Of a stretch of DNA of 64,000 bases, positions 1-10,203 are shown piece after piece; the stretch's first letter is position 1, and each line of letters opens with the position of its first letter. The stretch lies in assembly GCA_963674965.2 (NCBI GenBank), contig CAXXFL010000006.1, forward strand, positions 448,001 to 512,000, in the 5' to 3' direction. The translations under genes and the position numbers were made by a program. Below the pieces are notes generated by a model that saw only the letters and a program-made list of their open reading frames with translations, did not search any database and was not told the origin of the DNA. The stretch comes from a bacterium. Its GTDB lineage: Bacteria; RBG-13-61-14; DATKZS01.

Positions 1-215
1 GCCCGGTAATGCTCCTTCTCCACCGCCAGCCTCTCGCTGAAAATACTCGGCTTGAGCATGGCCATCTCCAGCTTGCCCACGTGGATGCCATCCTTGATCG
101 CGGCCTCCACCATCTCCTCACGGCTCAGGCAGGCGTAATCGAGCTTTTGAGCCAGCCGCTCGGCCATCTCCTTGCCCCCGGAGTAGGGGCCTCTTGAAAT
201 ACAAATAATCTGCAT
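1..215 (-). CDS. Cytidylate kinase-like family protein, 5' part (runs off window start)
   Basis: Manual translation from ATG at 215: MQIICISRGPYSGGKEMAERLAQKLDYACLSREEMVEAA..., a P-loop-like ISRxxxSGG start typical of this family; AAGGAAG RBS upstream; not in the ORF track because it is open-ended. Confidence 0.8.
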   Translation of the reverse strand, partial: MQIICISRGPYSGGKEMAERLAQKLDYACLSREEMVEAAIKDGIHVGKLEMAMLKPSIFSERLAVEKEHYR

Positions 216-229
216 CGCAACTTCCTTTG

Positions 230-697
230 TTAACTTCCCGAGCCGCCGACGTCCCGGCGACCGTCCCCGTTGCCCACCGGCGACGTCTTCCTGGAGGGAA
301 CTATCACCGGACATCCCAATTTATCTTGAATTTTCAGCAGCCAATGAGATTTGTGCCGCCTGGTCTTCTCGTCCATCAAGTCATGGCCGCCGCCCCACAC
401 GATCGACTGGACCCCGCCCGACTCGGCGAAGTACTTCATAAGCTCCGAGGAAAAATCCCCCGTCCTTACAAGGCCGTCCACGGAAATACCTTCCTTTTTC
501 ACGGACTCGACCTGGCCATTAAGATCATTCATGGCCGCGTCCAAATTCTGGCCATCATCGGGACCGGGACCGTCGGAGGATAAAAGGCGGAAAAGTACTA
601 TCGAGGAATCGGTGCGCTGAGCAAGGCCCACGGAGTATTCTATCGCCTCCGAGCGCGCCTCGTTTTGATCGAACAGAACTAGAATTTTTTTCGCCAT
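230..697 (-). CDS. Universal stress protein (Usp)-like protein
   Basis: MAKKILVLFD...A.EYSVGLA... and C-terminal CPVIV match the Usp fold pattern; start moved to ATG 697, downstream of the sigma54 promoter. Confidence 0.75.
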   Translation of the reverse strand: MAKKILVLFDQNEARSEAIEYSVGLAQRTDSSIVLFRLLSSDGPGPDDGQNLDAAMNDLNGQVESVKKEGISVDGLVRTGDFSSELMKYFAESGGVQSIVWGGGHDLMDEKTRRHKSHWLLKIQDKLGCPVIVPSRKTSPVGNGDGRRDVGGSGS

Positions 698-733
698 AAT
701 TGTTTTTCCAAGATGGATTTGTAATCCCATTAA

Positions 734-749
734 GGCAACGGGCGTGCCA
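734..749 (-). promoter_or_regulatory. sigma54 (-24/-12) promoter for the usp / cytidylate-kinase-like operon
   Basis: Minus strand reads TGGCACGCCCGTTGCC, matching TGGCACG-N4-TTGC; 37 nt upstream of the usp ATG. Confidence 0.85.
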
Positions 750-841
750 TGCGGAAAAAATTAAATTGCAAGTAGCTGAAATAAATAAAATAAATCTTGT
801 CTTTTGAACGACATTTTAATCTTGCATAAGCGGGGGTTTCT

Positions 842-949
842 CGTTGCAGATTTCAACGGCAAGATGGCATAAAATGTTTAAGCGTAAGATTTAAAAGGCA
901 TTAATAGTGGAAGGTGAATATTACAACGCTCATGTTGCGAAATTCAACG
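842..949. promoter_or_regulatory. Three GTTG-N7-CAAC-type palindromes, likely enhancer (UAS) sites of a sigma54 activator
   Basis: GTTGCAGATTTCAAC (843-857), GGTGAATATTACAAC (913-927), GTTGCGAAATTCAAC (934-948); 100-200 bp upstream of the sigma54 promoter with an AT-rich tract between. Confidence 0.65.
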
Positions 950-950
950 G

Positions 951-2306
951 TCAGTCCTCGATCTCGGAGCGCTTAAGGTGACGCCATAAGGTCGCCCGGT
1001 CGATCTCGAGCAGCTTGGCCGCCTGTGTTTTGTTCCGGCCCGTTTGCTTTAGCACCCATTGGATGTACTCGCGCTCGATTTCGCTGAGGGGCTTGATCTT
1101 CTGGTCCGGATAATCGAAGGAAAAGAAGTCCATCTCCGAGAGGTCGGAGGGAAGGTCCTCGACCTTGATCTCCTCGCTCCGCGCCATGGCCACGGCGTGC
1201 TCGATAATGTTCTCGAGCTCGCGGGCGTTGCCCGGATACTCGTAGTCCATAAGCAGCTTCATGGCCTTGTCGGAGACTCCCTTGATATCCCTTCCCGACC
1301 GCCTCGCCGCCCGGTCCAGGAAATAGTGGGCCAGGAGGGCGACGTCCCCGCCCCGCTCTCGAAGCGGCGGGATATGGATCGAGATCACGTTGAGGCGAAA
1401 ATACAGGTCCTGCCGGAATATCCCGGCCTTGACCGACTTCTTCAGGTCCTGGTTGGTGGCCGCGATGACGCGGACGTCGATGGGCACGGGCTGGTTGCCG
1501 CCGACCCTTATTACCTCCTGTTCCTGGACCGCCCGGAGCAGCTTGATCTGCATGGGCATGGGCATGTCGCCCACCTCGTCGAGGAACAGGGTCCCGCCGC
1601 TGGCCGTCTCGAGGAGCCCGGCCTTGCCCGAGTCCGCGCCGGTGAAGGCGCCTTTTTCGTGCCCGAAAAGCTCGTTGGCCAGAAGCTCGTCGGTAAAGCC
1701 GCCGCAGTTGATGGCCAGGAACTTCCCCTCCGCCCGAACGCTGTGGCGGTGCATGATGGAGGCGGCCAGTTCCTTGCCCGTGCCGGACTCCCCGGTGATG
1801 ACCACGTTGCAGTCGGCCTTGGCGGCCTGCTTGAGGAGCTTGACCACCTCGACTATGCCGGGGCTGCGGCCTATCATGACCGGCTCGCCCGGATCGGCTC
1901 GAAGCCGCGACTCGAGGTCCTTCACCTGCTCGCGGAGCCGCCGCTTCTCGATCGCCCGGCTGGCCAGGTGCCGGACCTCGTCGGGGCGGAAGGGTTTCTC
2001 CAGGTAGTGGTAGGCGCCCCTCTTCGTGGCCTCGATGGCGGTGGGGATCGAGGCGTAACCCGTGACCACTATCACCTCCGTGTCCGGATACTTGAGCTTG
2101 ATCTCGGAAAGAAGCTCGAGCCCGCTCATGGGCTCCATGATAAGGTCCGTGATCACGAGGCTGAAAGACTCGCGGGAAAGAAGTGACACGGCCCCCTCCC
2201 CGTCCTTCACCACCCGGACCTTGTAGCCGTCCTTGGACAGGAGACGCCGCAGGTTCTTGCCCGCGGTCTCGTCGTCGTCAACGACCAATATAGCAATTTC
2301 ATTCAT
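951..2306 (-). CDS. NtrC-family sigma54-dependent response regulator (REC-AAA+-Fis HTH)
   Basis: N-terminal VVDDD receiver, GESGTGKE Walker A, ELFGHEKGAFTGA, FLDEVG, YPGNARELEN, C-terminal NKTQAAKLLEIDRATLWR HTH. Confidence 0.97.
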   Translation of the reverse strand: MNEIAILVVDDDETAGKNLRRLLSKDGYKVRVVKDGEGAVSLLSRESFSLVITDLIMEPMSGLELLSEIKLKYPDTEVIVVTGYASIPTAIEATKRGAYHYLEKPFRPDEVRHLASRAIEKRRLREQVKDLESRLRADPGEPVMIGRSPGIVEVVKLLKQAAKADCNVVITGESGTGKELAASIMHRHSVRAEGKFLAINCGGFTDELLANELFGHEKGAFTGADSGKAGLLETASGGTLFLDEVGDMPMPMQIKLLRAVQEQEVIRVGGNQPVPIDVRVIAATNQDLKKSVKAGIFRQDLYFRLNVISIHIPPLRERGGDVALLAHYFLDRAARRSGRDIKGVSDKAMKLLMDYEYPGNARELENIIEHAVAMARSEEIKVEDLPSDLSEMDFFSFDYPDQKIKPLSEIEREYIQWVLKQTGRNKTQAAKLLEIDRATLWRHLKRSEIED

Positions 2307-2501
2307 CTAACGCTCCCCGGGCAATCCGCCCGGAATGAACGCGAGTATAACAAAATCGAACTAACCTGACAAAAGTGGAGATCATAGAAAGGAATGGCCG
2401 GGTAAAGCGAATGGTTATATAATATAGCATATCAATTCAGTCGCGGGCGCGTCAAAAAAGCCCGGGGCCTGAAAGCCCGCGTAAAAGAGCTATTAAAACC
2501 G

Positions 2502-2539
2502 CGGTCCCCATCCGACTGCTAAGGGGCGGATGGGGACCG
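2502..2539 (-). terminator. GC-rich hairpin downstream of the GH97 gene
   Basis: CGGTCCCCATCCG (2502-2514) and CGGATGGGGACCG (2527-2539) form a perfect 13-bp stem; short T run follows on the minus strand. Confidence 0.55.
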
Positions 2540-2555
2540 GGCTGCTTGCAAGGTT

Positions 2556-4439
2556 TCAGCCGGGCGTGATCATGGCCACCAGGCCGCCGCCGGGTCGCAT
2601 GGCGGCCTCGATCTTTCCGTCCGAATCGAGCTCGATCTCTTGGCGCCTGAACGCCGCGGGGTTGTCCATTTCGTCGGACAGGACCACGGCGTGGCCGGGA
2701 CCGTCCAGGAAGTCGGTCTCGATGGTTATGTCCCGCCGTCCGCTTCCGTTCAGCACGCCAACGTACCACACGTCTCCCTTGCGCCGGGCAAAGGCCGCCA
2801 GTTCTCTTATCTGGCTCTGAGGGAGGACTATGGTCTCGTCCCAGGTGGCGGGAAGCTTTTTCATGATCTCGATGGCGGGAGCGGCCGGCGGGTTTTCAAG
2901 GTACATCTCCGGCTTGTCCGCGTAGTGGGTGACCGAGGAGAAAAGCGCTATGGGCAGGGCCAGTTGATGGGCGTAGCTGGTCTTGCCGAGCTTTTTGGGA
3001 TTGAAGGTCACGGGCGTGTAGTCGGCATGTCCGGCCAGGAGCCTGGTAAAGGGCAGTCCGCAGTTGTGCTCGGGCGTAAGGGGTTTCAAGGAGAACTTGT
3101 TGTACTCGAGTCCACGGACTCCTTCCCTGGTCATCTCGTTCGGATATGTCCTGGACTCGCCCGCCGGCTTGTTGGCGCCGTGGAAGTTGATCATCAGCTT
3201 GTGGCGAGCCCCGTCAATCAGCGCCTTCTCGTAGAACTCGAGTTTCTTGTGGCTCTCGCTGTCCATGAAGTCGATCTTAACCCCCACGGCCCCGGTTTGC
3301 TTGACGTTGGTGAAATAATAGTTTCGCCGCTCGTCGTCCAGGATCATCTGGTGGGCCTTCCACACCCACACGTCCACGCCCTTTGTCTTGGCGTAGTCCA
3401 CCAGGTCCGCCATCACGGCCCACTTGTCCTTGCCCAGGCCGCCCCACCGCTCCCATCCGTCGTCGACCAGGATGTACTCGAAATTGAGGGCCGCCGCCGC
3501 GTCCACGTATTCCTTCTGGCGCTCGGGGGGGGAGGTGTTTTCCGACCACCAGGACCACAGCGACCTGCCGGGCTTGATCCATTCCTCCGAGCCCTCGAAA
3601 AGCCCGGGGTCGGGAGCGGGACTAAGGTTATGGACCGCGTCGCAGTTGACCAGCCCGTTAAGGTCGTCGGCCGTCATGATCACTCGCCATGGCGAACGGA
3701 CCATCCCGTCTCCGTCGGGGGCCACGCTCCAGGTTTTATCGTCCTTGAACTCGGCCTTGAAAAGACCACCGCCCGCGCCGTCGAGGGACATGCCGCTCCA
3801 GCCGTGGACGTCGGCCTCCGTCACGGCGGCGTAGCCCGAGCCGGGAAGCTTGAAGGTAATGGGAACGGCCACGTCGGCGCCAAGCAGGTCGGCGGGCGTT
3901 TGTCGAATCCAGCCCTCGTGGTTTCGAAGGTTCTTATGGTAATAAGCCACGCTTTTCCTGGGGACTTTAAAACTCGTGGCCTCCCCCTTTACCTCGAGTG
4001 GCGAAGACGAGGCCACCACGTACCTGAAGGCCGCCGCGTCGTCGTAAACCCGGACCTCGAGACTCCACCGGTTTCCAATTGGCAAGAGCGCGCTCGAGCA
4101 ATGGTCAACCGCCACCGAGTGAGCGCCGCGAAGGGGGCTTTCGGTTTTTATGGTCAGGACCTTGTAAGTCCCCTCGACCCGGGCGCCAACGCCCATGTCT
4201 CCGGCGTCCGTCACAAGGCCCAGGCGCGAGCGCTCGATAATCGCCTTGCCCGCGCGTCGCATCTCGTAACAAAGACATCCGTCCGGGACGGTCATGACCG
4301 TAAACTCGACGGCCCCCTTCGGGCTTTTTACCGCGGCCTTCCCACCGGCGGCCTCCTCGGCCCCGGCCTCGAGCACGGCCGTGAAAGTGGACGCCGCCGC
4401 GCCCGCTCCTATTACTTTAATGAAATCTCGTCTGTACAT
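2556..4439 (-). CDS. Glycoside hydrolase family 97 (alpha-glucosidase/alpha-galactosidase), Tat-exported
   Basis: MYRRDFIK twin-arginine signal; WIKPGRSLWSWW, LVDDGW, GVKIDFMD, NFHG, REGVRGLEY, PFTRLLAGHADYTP motifs of GH97. Confidence 0.93.
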   Translation of the reverse strand: MYRRDFIKVIGAGAAASTFTAVLEAGAEEAAGGKAAVKSPKGAVEFTVMTVPDGCLCYEMRRAGKAIIERSRLGLVTDAGDMGVGARVEGTYKVLTIKTESPLRGAHSVAVDHCSSALLPIGNRWSLEVRVYDDAAAFRYVVASSSPLEVKGEATSFKVPRKSVAYYHKNLRNHEGWIRQTPADLLGADVAVPITFKLPGSGYAAVTEADVHGWSGMSLDGAGGGLFKAEFKDDKTWSVAPDGDGMVRSPWRVIMTADDLNGLVNCDAVHNLSPAPDPGLFEGSEEWIKPGRSLWSWWSENTSPPERQKEYVDAAAALNFEYILVDDGWERWGGLGKDKWAVMADLVDYAKTKGVDVWVWKAHQMILDDERRNYYFTNVKQTGAVGVKIDFMDSESHKKLEFYEKALIDGARHKLMINFHGANKPAGESRTYPNEMTREGVRGLEYNKFSLKPLTPEHNCGLPFTRLLAGHADYTPVTFNPKKLGKTSYAHQLALPIALFSSVTHYADKPEMYLENPPAAPAIEIMKKLPATWDETIVLPQSQIRELAAFARRKGDVWYVGVLNGSGRRDITIETDFLDGPGHAVVLSDEMDNPAAFRRQEIELDSDGKIEAAMRPGGGLVAMITPG

Positions 4440-4492
4440 GATCGTCCTTTCCAACGTTAAAGTACCGGCCCCGGGGGGGGCCTTCGCTCCAT

Positions 4493-5473
4493 CTATTTAA
4501 CCGTCGCCTCGACCACCCCGGTGAAGACGTTGGCTTTAAGTCTTATGGTTATTGGCGACTTGCCGTAGGCCTCGTTCACGTAGGCGCCGCCCTCGTATTT
4601 TAGTCCGTCAACGTTCACGGTCCCCACCTTGGATTTGGCCTCGAGCCTGACGCCCACGTCCCGGGGAAGAGTCAGGGTTATCTTTCCGGCCCTGGTGTTG
4701 AGGTTGCCGGTCACGACCTTTTTCCAATCGCCGCTTAAATCGGCGTTGATGGAGCCGGTGGTGGATTTAAGATCTATGTTTCCGCCGCCGTCGTATGTCC
4801 CCTTCATCTCGAGCTTCAGAGCTCCGGCGGCGCCGTCCAGGTCCACGTCCACGGCCGAGCCGAAGTTTCCCGAGGCCAGGACCGCGAGGGACCCTCCGTT
4901 TACCCGTCCCCTCAGGGAGGTCAACTGGGGATAGTCGCCCTCCATCTTCACGTCCACGTCTCCCGCGTCGGTCTTGAAATGGACCGTCTGAAGAGATGGA
5001 TACCTGCCGGCCATGTCAATGATATTGTCTCCCGCGTCGGAATCGAGGTCGAGCGTTTTGAGGTCGAGTCCCTCCAGGATGAGCCTTGACTTGCCCGCGT
5101 TAAGATCGACCTTCAGGTCGATGGGAAGGCCGTTATTCAGCTTTATGTCCCATTCGTTTTCCCTGTAGGCCACGTGGCCCTTGACGGCCTCCTGCCTCAC
5201 CTCGAGGCGACCGTGCCCTTCAACCACCTCGTAGCCGACGTCGGGCTTCCAGGCCTCGTGGCCAAAGCGAAACTCCGCGTCCATAAGGTCTTTGGCCCCG
5301 CCCTTGACGGTAAGCTCGCCGTGAAGCATCTTTAAAAACACGGAGGCGCCTTGCGCGCCGCCTATCTCAACGTTTTTCGTCTCGATGCTGAGCTTGGCCC
5401 AGGCCGCGGCGCTCGCGGCCAGAATGACGAACGACAAAGCGATCGCTTTCTTCCCTCTCAGTAACGGATTCAT
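4493..5473 (-). CDS. Exported beta-repeat protein (toast-rack / DUF4097 adhesin-like)
   Basis: Signal peptide ending AAAWA; repeated (D/N)AG-x-x-x-(I/L/V) beta units; AGGAGG RBS before ATG 5473. Confidence 0.65.
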   Translation of the reverse strand: MNPLLRGKKAIALSFVILAASAAAWAKLSIETKNVEIGGAQGASVFLKMLHGELTVKGGAKDLMDAEFRFGHEAWKPDVGYEVVEGHGRLEVRQEAVKGHVAYRENEWDIKLNNGLPIDLKVDLNAGKSRLILEGLDLKTLDLDSDAGDNIIDMAGRYPSLQTVHFKTDAGDVDVKMEGDYPQLTSLRGRVNGGSLAVLASGNFGSAVDVDLDGAAGALKLEMKGTYDGGGNIDLKSTTGSINADLSGDWKKVVTGNLNTRAGKITLTLPRDVGVRLEAKSKVGTVNVDGLKYEGGAYVNEAYGKSPITIRLKANVFTGVVEATVK

Positions 5474-5746
5474 GCGTCTTCCTCCTTTAGCGTGAAACGC
5501 CCGGCCATTGGTTACATTGAATGTATTCACAGGACATGGGATTTTGCCCGTTTCCCCTTATGTTGTATACCACGTCAAGATGAAAATACAATATGGGGGA
5601 AGGCCGCCCCGTTGGCGTCCGTATGATTATTTTCCCCGAGCCTAAAAAGTTCAGTTGCTTAAAACTCCCAGTCTGTCGTATTATTATGTTCGAGACCGGG
5701 GCCCCATTTAGCTGGGGCGTTTGGTTTTCTCGCTAATTCACGGAAC

Positions 5747-6871
5747 ATGACGGACATGACCAAGGAAACCTTGAAGTTTGGGCGATACGAGGCCATAGGC
5801 GAACTTGGCCGCGGCTCGATGGGCGTGGTTTACAAGGCCCGCGACCCGGTCATAGGGAGGATGGTCGCCATCAAGAGCATCCCCGAGACCTTCGGCCTGC
5901 GCGACAACAAAAGGGAGGAGTTCATACGGCGCCTTCGCCAGGAGGCCATGACGGCCGGACGTCTTCAGCATCCCTCCATCGTGACCATCCACGACGTGGG
6001 CGAGACGGAGATCGGCCCCTTCATCGCCATGGAGTACCTGGACGGGGTCACCCTGCGGGACGTGATCTCGGCGGGCAAGCAGCTCAGTATGCCCCAACTT
6101 CTCGACATCGTGACCCAGGTGGCGGACGGCCTGGACTACGCCCACTCGAAGGCCATCATCCACCGCGACGTCAAGCCCGCGAACCTGATGATAGTGGCCG
6201 ACAACCGGGTGAAAATAATGGACCTCGGCATAGCCCGCATACCCATGAGCGAGCTTACCAAGGAGGGCAAGCTGGTGGGGTCGCCGAGCTACATGTCGCC
6301 CGAGCAGCTTACGGGCAAGAAGATCGACGGACGGTCGGACCTTTTCAGCCTGGGCGTGTGCGTCTATCAGCTTATGACCTTTAAAAAGCCTTTTCCCGGC
6401 GAGTCGATCAGCGAGATATGCTACAAGATCGTCAACGACGACTTCGTAGCTCCCTCCGAGCACTGGAGCGACGCCCCTCCCGAGTTCGACGACTTTATGA
6501 GGGTCGCCCTGTCCAAGCGCCCGGAAGACCGCTTTCAGACGGGCAAGGAACTGGTGGACGCGTTGATGGTGGTGGCCGAGCGCTCGGGCATAGACTTAAG
6601 TCCGTCCGAGGACCTGGAGACGGCGACCTCCAGCATCAAGGTCTCGGCCATGTCCGGCCGCAAGGACGATAAAGGGACCGTCTCGAACCCGGCCATGACC
6701 CACAGCTCCACCATAGACACAATCTTCAAGGACCTGACCTATACCGCTCGCACGGTGGACCTTAGCAAACAGAGCGCGGCGGGCTCGTCGGGCCCGAGCC
6801 CGTGGATGATAATAGTGGGCGCCGCCCTTTTGGGCGCGGCCGTTGTCGCCCTTCTTCTTTGGCTATTTTAA
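5747..6871 (+). CDS. Hanks-type Ser/Thr protein kinase with C-terminal membrane anchor
   Basis: LGRGSMGVVY, VAIK, HRDVKPAN, DLG (DFG variant), GSPSYMSPEQ, SDLFSLG; terminal hydrophobic helix. Confidence 0.97.
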   Translation: MTDMTKETLKFGRYEAIGELGRGSMGVVYKARDPVIGRMVAIKSIPETFGLRDNKREEFIRRLRQEAMTAGRLQHPSIVTIHDVGETEIGPFIAMEYLDGVTLRDVISAGKQLSMPQLLDIVTQVADGLDYAHSKAIIHRDVKPANLMIVADNRVKIMDLGIARIPMSELTKEGKLVGSPSYMSPEQLTGKKIDGRSDLFSLGVCVYQLMTFKKPFPGESISEICYKIVNDDFVAPSEHWSDAPPEFDDFMRVALSKRPEDRFQTGKELVDALMVVAERSGIDLSPSEDLETATSSIKVSAMSGRKDDKGTVSNPAMTHSSTIDTIFKDLTYTARTVDLSKQSAAGSSGPSPWMIIVGAALLGAAVVALLLWLF

Positions 6872-6886
6872 GGAGGAACTTTTCCC

Positions 6887-7819
6887 ATGAGACTACGGTG
6901 TCCAGGCTGCAAGGTCACGCTCCAGGTTGAGGAGCACCTTGAGGACCGCAAGATGCTTCTGCAATGTCCGGACTGCATGATGGTGTTCATGTCCCGCGAC
7001 GCCGAGAGGGTCGCCGAGGAGGACAACCAGGTCGTCTTCGAGGCCCCCGAGGACGCGACCCTTCTCACCACCGACTACGCCGCCACCGGGGATTCCCGGG
7101 AGTTCCAGTGGAACCTGCCCGGGGCCAGCGTCACGGTCATCGAGGGCGACAACCAGGGCGTTCACATGAAGCTCCGGAAGGGAAGCATGGTTTTCGGCCG
7201 CAAAGGCGCCGACCTCGAGATCGAAGACAAGGCGGTGAGCCGGAAACACTGCGAGATCGCCCGGCGCGACGACGGCTGGTGGGTCAAGGACCTGGGATCG
7301 ACCAACGGGACCTTCGTGAACGGCGATAAGATAGGCGAGTTCAAGCTGCGGCACCTGGACGAGATCAGGGTGGGCAAGACCAGGATACTATTCGCCGAGA
7401 CCATGGCGGAAAAGGACCACACCCTCGCCGAGCGCGAGGATGAAGAGCGTCCGGGCGGCGACGAGACCAAGATCAGCGAGGATGGGCGAGAATCCGAGCG
7501 GCCCCTGCCCCAGGGACGGGAGTTCTATTTCGAGTTTATGACCGGCGCGAAAAAGGCCAGGAGCTACCAGTTCGAGAGGTCCAAGGTCATCCTCGGGCGG
7601 GGCGAGGAGGCCGACGTGCTCCTGGACGACGAGGGAGTCTCGAGAAAGCACGCCCTGGTCGAGGTATACTCGCGCGACCAGGTATACATCCAGGACCTGG
7701 CCTCCCACAACGGGACCTGGCTCAACGGCATCAAGACCAAGAACACCAAGCTCCTTCACGGCGACCTCATCCGCATGGGAGACACGGTGCTTAAGTTCAT
7801 CGTCAAGGATTCTCCATGA
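6887..7819 (+). CDS. Zinc-ribbon plus tandem FHA domain protein
   Basis: CPGC...CPDC N-terminus; two FHA signatures (GR...VSRKH...DLGSTNGT and GR...VSRKH...DLASHNGT); AGGAGG RBS directly after the kinase stop. Confidence 0.95.
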   Translation: MRLRCPGCKVTLQVEEHLEDRKMLLQCPDCMMVFMSRDAERVAEEDNQVVFEAPEDATLLTTDYAATGDSREFQWNLPGASVTVIEGDNQGVHMKLRKGSMVFGRKGADLEIEDKAVSRKHCEIARRDDGWWVKDLGSTNGTFVNGDKIGEFKLRHLDEIRVGKTRILFAETMAEKDHTLAEREDEERPGGDETKISEDGRESERPLPQGREFYFEFMTGAKKARSYQFERSKVILGRGEEADVLLDDEGVSRKHALVEVYSRDQVYIQDLASHNGTWLNGIKTKNTKLLHGDLIRMGDTVLKFIVKDSP

Positions 7820-7822
7820 AAA

Positions 7823-7851
7823 TCGCCGGGGCCTTTCTCGGGTCCCGGCGA
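7823..7851. terminator. Hairpin between convergent FHA and MCP genes
   Basis: TCGCCGGGGCC-TTTCTCG-GGTCCCGGCGA stem-loop. Confidence 0.55.
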
Positions 7852-7871
7852 CTTGATATTACTTGGGCAAA

Positions 7872-9779
7872 TTAGAACTCGCTCAATATCTCATGTTCAT
7901 CCATCTCGAAGTCCCGCGGATTGATGGCGGCGGAGCCGTTTCCTTTCCCGCCCCGGGCCTCGGGAGCATAATCGTCTTGCCCACGGCGGCGGGAGGGCGA
8001 TGGATTTTTGCCCCTGGAAGCCGCGGCCTTGCTCGGTACAGCGCTCTTTCGTCTCGCGTCTTTTCCTGCCCCGGCCGATCCTCCGATCACTCCCAGCAGC
8101 TCGTTGACCATTCCCCTCAAGGCCTCGGACTGGGCGTTCAGTTCCTCGGCCGCGGAGGCGCTTTCCTCCGCGTTGGCCGCGTTTTGCTGGGTGGACTGGT
8201 CCACCTCGCTCATGGCCAGCGTCATCTGGTCGATACCGCTCGACTGTTCCTGGGAGGCCGCGGCTATCTCGGCCACCAGTTCCCCCGCCTTCTTGGCGGA
8301 CGCGGTTATTTCCTCGAGCGACCTGGCCGCCTCGTTCGCCACGGAGACCCCCTTTTCCGAGTTGCCGATGGACTCCTCGATCAAGGCGGAGGTGTTCTTG
8401 GCCGCCTCGGCCGAGCGCTGGGCCAGGTTCCTGACTTCCTCCGCCACCACGGCGAAGCCCTTGCCCGCGTCGCCGGCCCGGGCCGCCTCGACCGCCGCGT
8501 TCAAGGCCAGGAGGTTGGTCTGGAAGGCAATCTCGTCGATGGTCTTGATGATTTTCGAGGTCTCGTCGGAGGAACGCTTTATCTCAACGATGGCCTGGTT
8601 GAGCCTTTGCATGGCCTCCTGGCCTTTGGATACCTGCCTGCCCGTTTCCTCCATCAGGAAGTTGGCCTGGTTCGAGTTGTCCGCGTTCTGCTTGGTCATG
8701 GACGACATTTCCTCCAGGGAGGATGAGGTCTCCTCCATGGCCGCCGCCTGCTCCGAGGCCCCCTGCGCCAGGGACTGACTCGAGGAACTGACCTGGCGAG
8801 AAGCGTCCAGCATCTGAATCCCCGCGTCCTTAAGCCCCGAGGCCACCCGATAGACCACCTTGTAAACGTTGCCCGTAACCAGCCAGGTAATAAGGGTGAT
8901 TATGATCATGGCCCCCAGGCCCAGGACCGCGGAATAGGCCCTGATCTTTTTGACCGGAGCCAGAAACTCGGCCGACTCGACCGTGCCCGCCAACACCCAG
9001 CCGCTGCGCTCGTCGGTTACAAAATGGGCTATCTTGTCCACGCCTTCCCAGACGTAATCGATCTTGCCGTTTTTCTTCTCGAGGATGCTCTTCCCGAAGT
9101 CCCAGTCCGCCAGGTTGGTGTTAAGGATGTTTTTCTCGTCGGGATGGGCCAGCACCACGCCGGCGTCGTCCATCATGTAGAGGTAGCCGCTCTGGCCCAG
9201 CTTCACGTGAGATATTACGTCCTTGGAAAACTCGATCAACTCGACCGGAGTGCCCAGAATTCCCACGAGCTTCCCGCCGTCCAGTATGGGCGCGGTGATG
9301 AGCGCGACGGGACGGCCCGTGGCGGGCGACTTTTTGGCTCCTCCCACCCAGACCTTGCCCTCCTGGGCCTTCTTGACGTTAACGGCGTACTCCGGAAGCT
9401 CGCCGACGGGAATGCCCACGGACTTGCCCTGGATGGAGTCCACGAATATCTTGCCGTCTTTATCGGCCAGGAAGACGTTCTCGTAGGACGAGTTGAACTT
9501 ATGCATCTTCTCGAGGGTGGACCTGGCCAGGTCCATCTCTTCCCCTTGGCAGGCCTTCTTGAAAATGGGGGTCTCGGCGAAAACCTGGGCCTGGTTTTCC
9601 CGGTAGGAAATCCAGCGTTCCAGTTCGTCTCCGGTTTTGGTCACGATCTGTTCCATGCTGCCGTCAAGCTGGGACAGGATCGTCTTCGTGGCCACAAAGT
9701 ACGTGACAACGGCTAACGTCCCGATGGTCAAGGCGCCGATGGGTAGTATGGTGGCCAACAGTTTACCTCTGAAACTCAT
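7872..9779 (-). CDS. Methyl-accepting chemotaxis protein with periplasmic dCache sensor
   Basis: Two TM helices flanking a Cache-like region ([23 protein letters not shown]); signalling motif [37 protein letters not shown]. Confidence 0.97.
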   Translation of the reverse strand: MSFRGKLLATILPIGALTIGTLAVVTYFVATKTILSQLDGSMEQIVTKTGDELERWISYRENQAQVFAETPIFKKACQGEEMDLARSTLEKMHKFNSSYENVFLADKDGKIFVDSIQGKSVGIPVGELPEYAVNVKKAQEGKVWVGGAKKSPATGRPVALITAPILDGGKLVGILGTPVELIEFSKDVISHVKLGQSGYLYMMDDAGVVLAHPDEKNILNTNLADWDFGKSILEKKNGKIDYVWEGVDKIAHFVTDERSGWVLAGTVESAEFLAPVKKIRAYSAVLGLGAMIIITLITWLVTGNVYKVVYRVASGLKDAGIQMLDASRQVSSSSQSLAQGASEQAAAMEETSSSLEEMSSMTKQNADNSNQANFLMEETGRQVSKGQEAMQRLNQAIVEIKRSSDETSKIIKTIDEIAFQTNLLALNAAVEAARAGDAGKGFAVVAEEVRNLAQRSAEAAKNTSALIEESIGNSEKGVSVANEAARSLEEITASAKKAGELVAEIAAASQEQSSGIDQMTLAMSEVDQSTQQNAANAEESASAAEELNAQSEALRGMVNELLGVIGGSAGAGKDARRKSAVPSKAAASRGKNPSPSRRRGQDDYAPEARGGKGNGSAAINPRDFEMDEHEILSEF

Positions 9780-10203
9780 TTAAATCTCCTCCTTGCAGTT
9801 CGCGATAATATTTGCCCTGTCTTTCAGCCAGGATAGGCTTGTCCGCCGGCGCCGGAAATTATTATTAAAGCGCCCGAAAGCGGAAAAAACATAACTTACC
9901 CCATTGATAGAAATTTCCATGCCTATTGAATAATTTTTCCCAAAGTTTTTTTCCGTTAATTTGCGGCTGGTTATTGACGCTCTAGGCGGATAAAAATGGA
10001 GAGGGGGGTGGGCTTTGTCAGGATTGGCAAATCAAAATCTCTCAATAATTGGAGAGAATTGAGATCGATCGATAAGGAAGAATAACGGTTGGGAGGCACG
10101 TCTCAAGATGGGCTTCTACCCGCCTTTCCATGGCGGCGAAAAACAAGGACTTTATCTTTTATATTTTCATGCTACTATTTTATCGTTTCCGCGAGAAGGT
10201 TTT

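Noticed and set aside
1059-4460. Long + strand ORFs 1059-2186 and 2640-4460
   Set aside because: Antisense shadows of the NtrC regulator and GH97 genes; no motifs; expected in high-GC coding DNA
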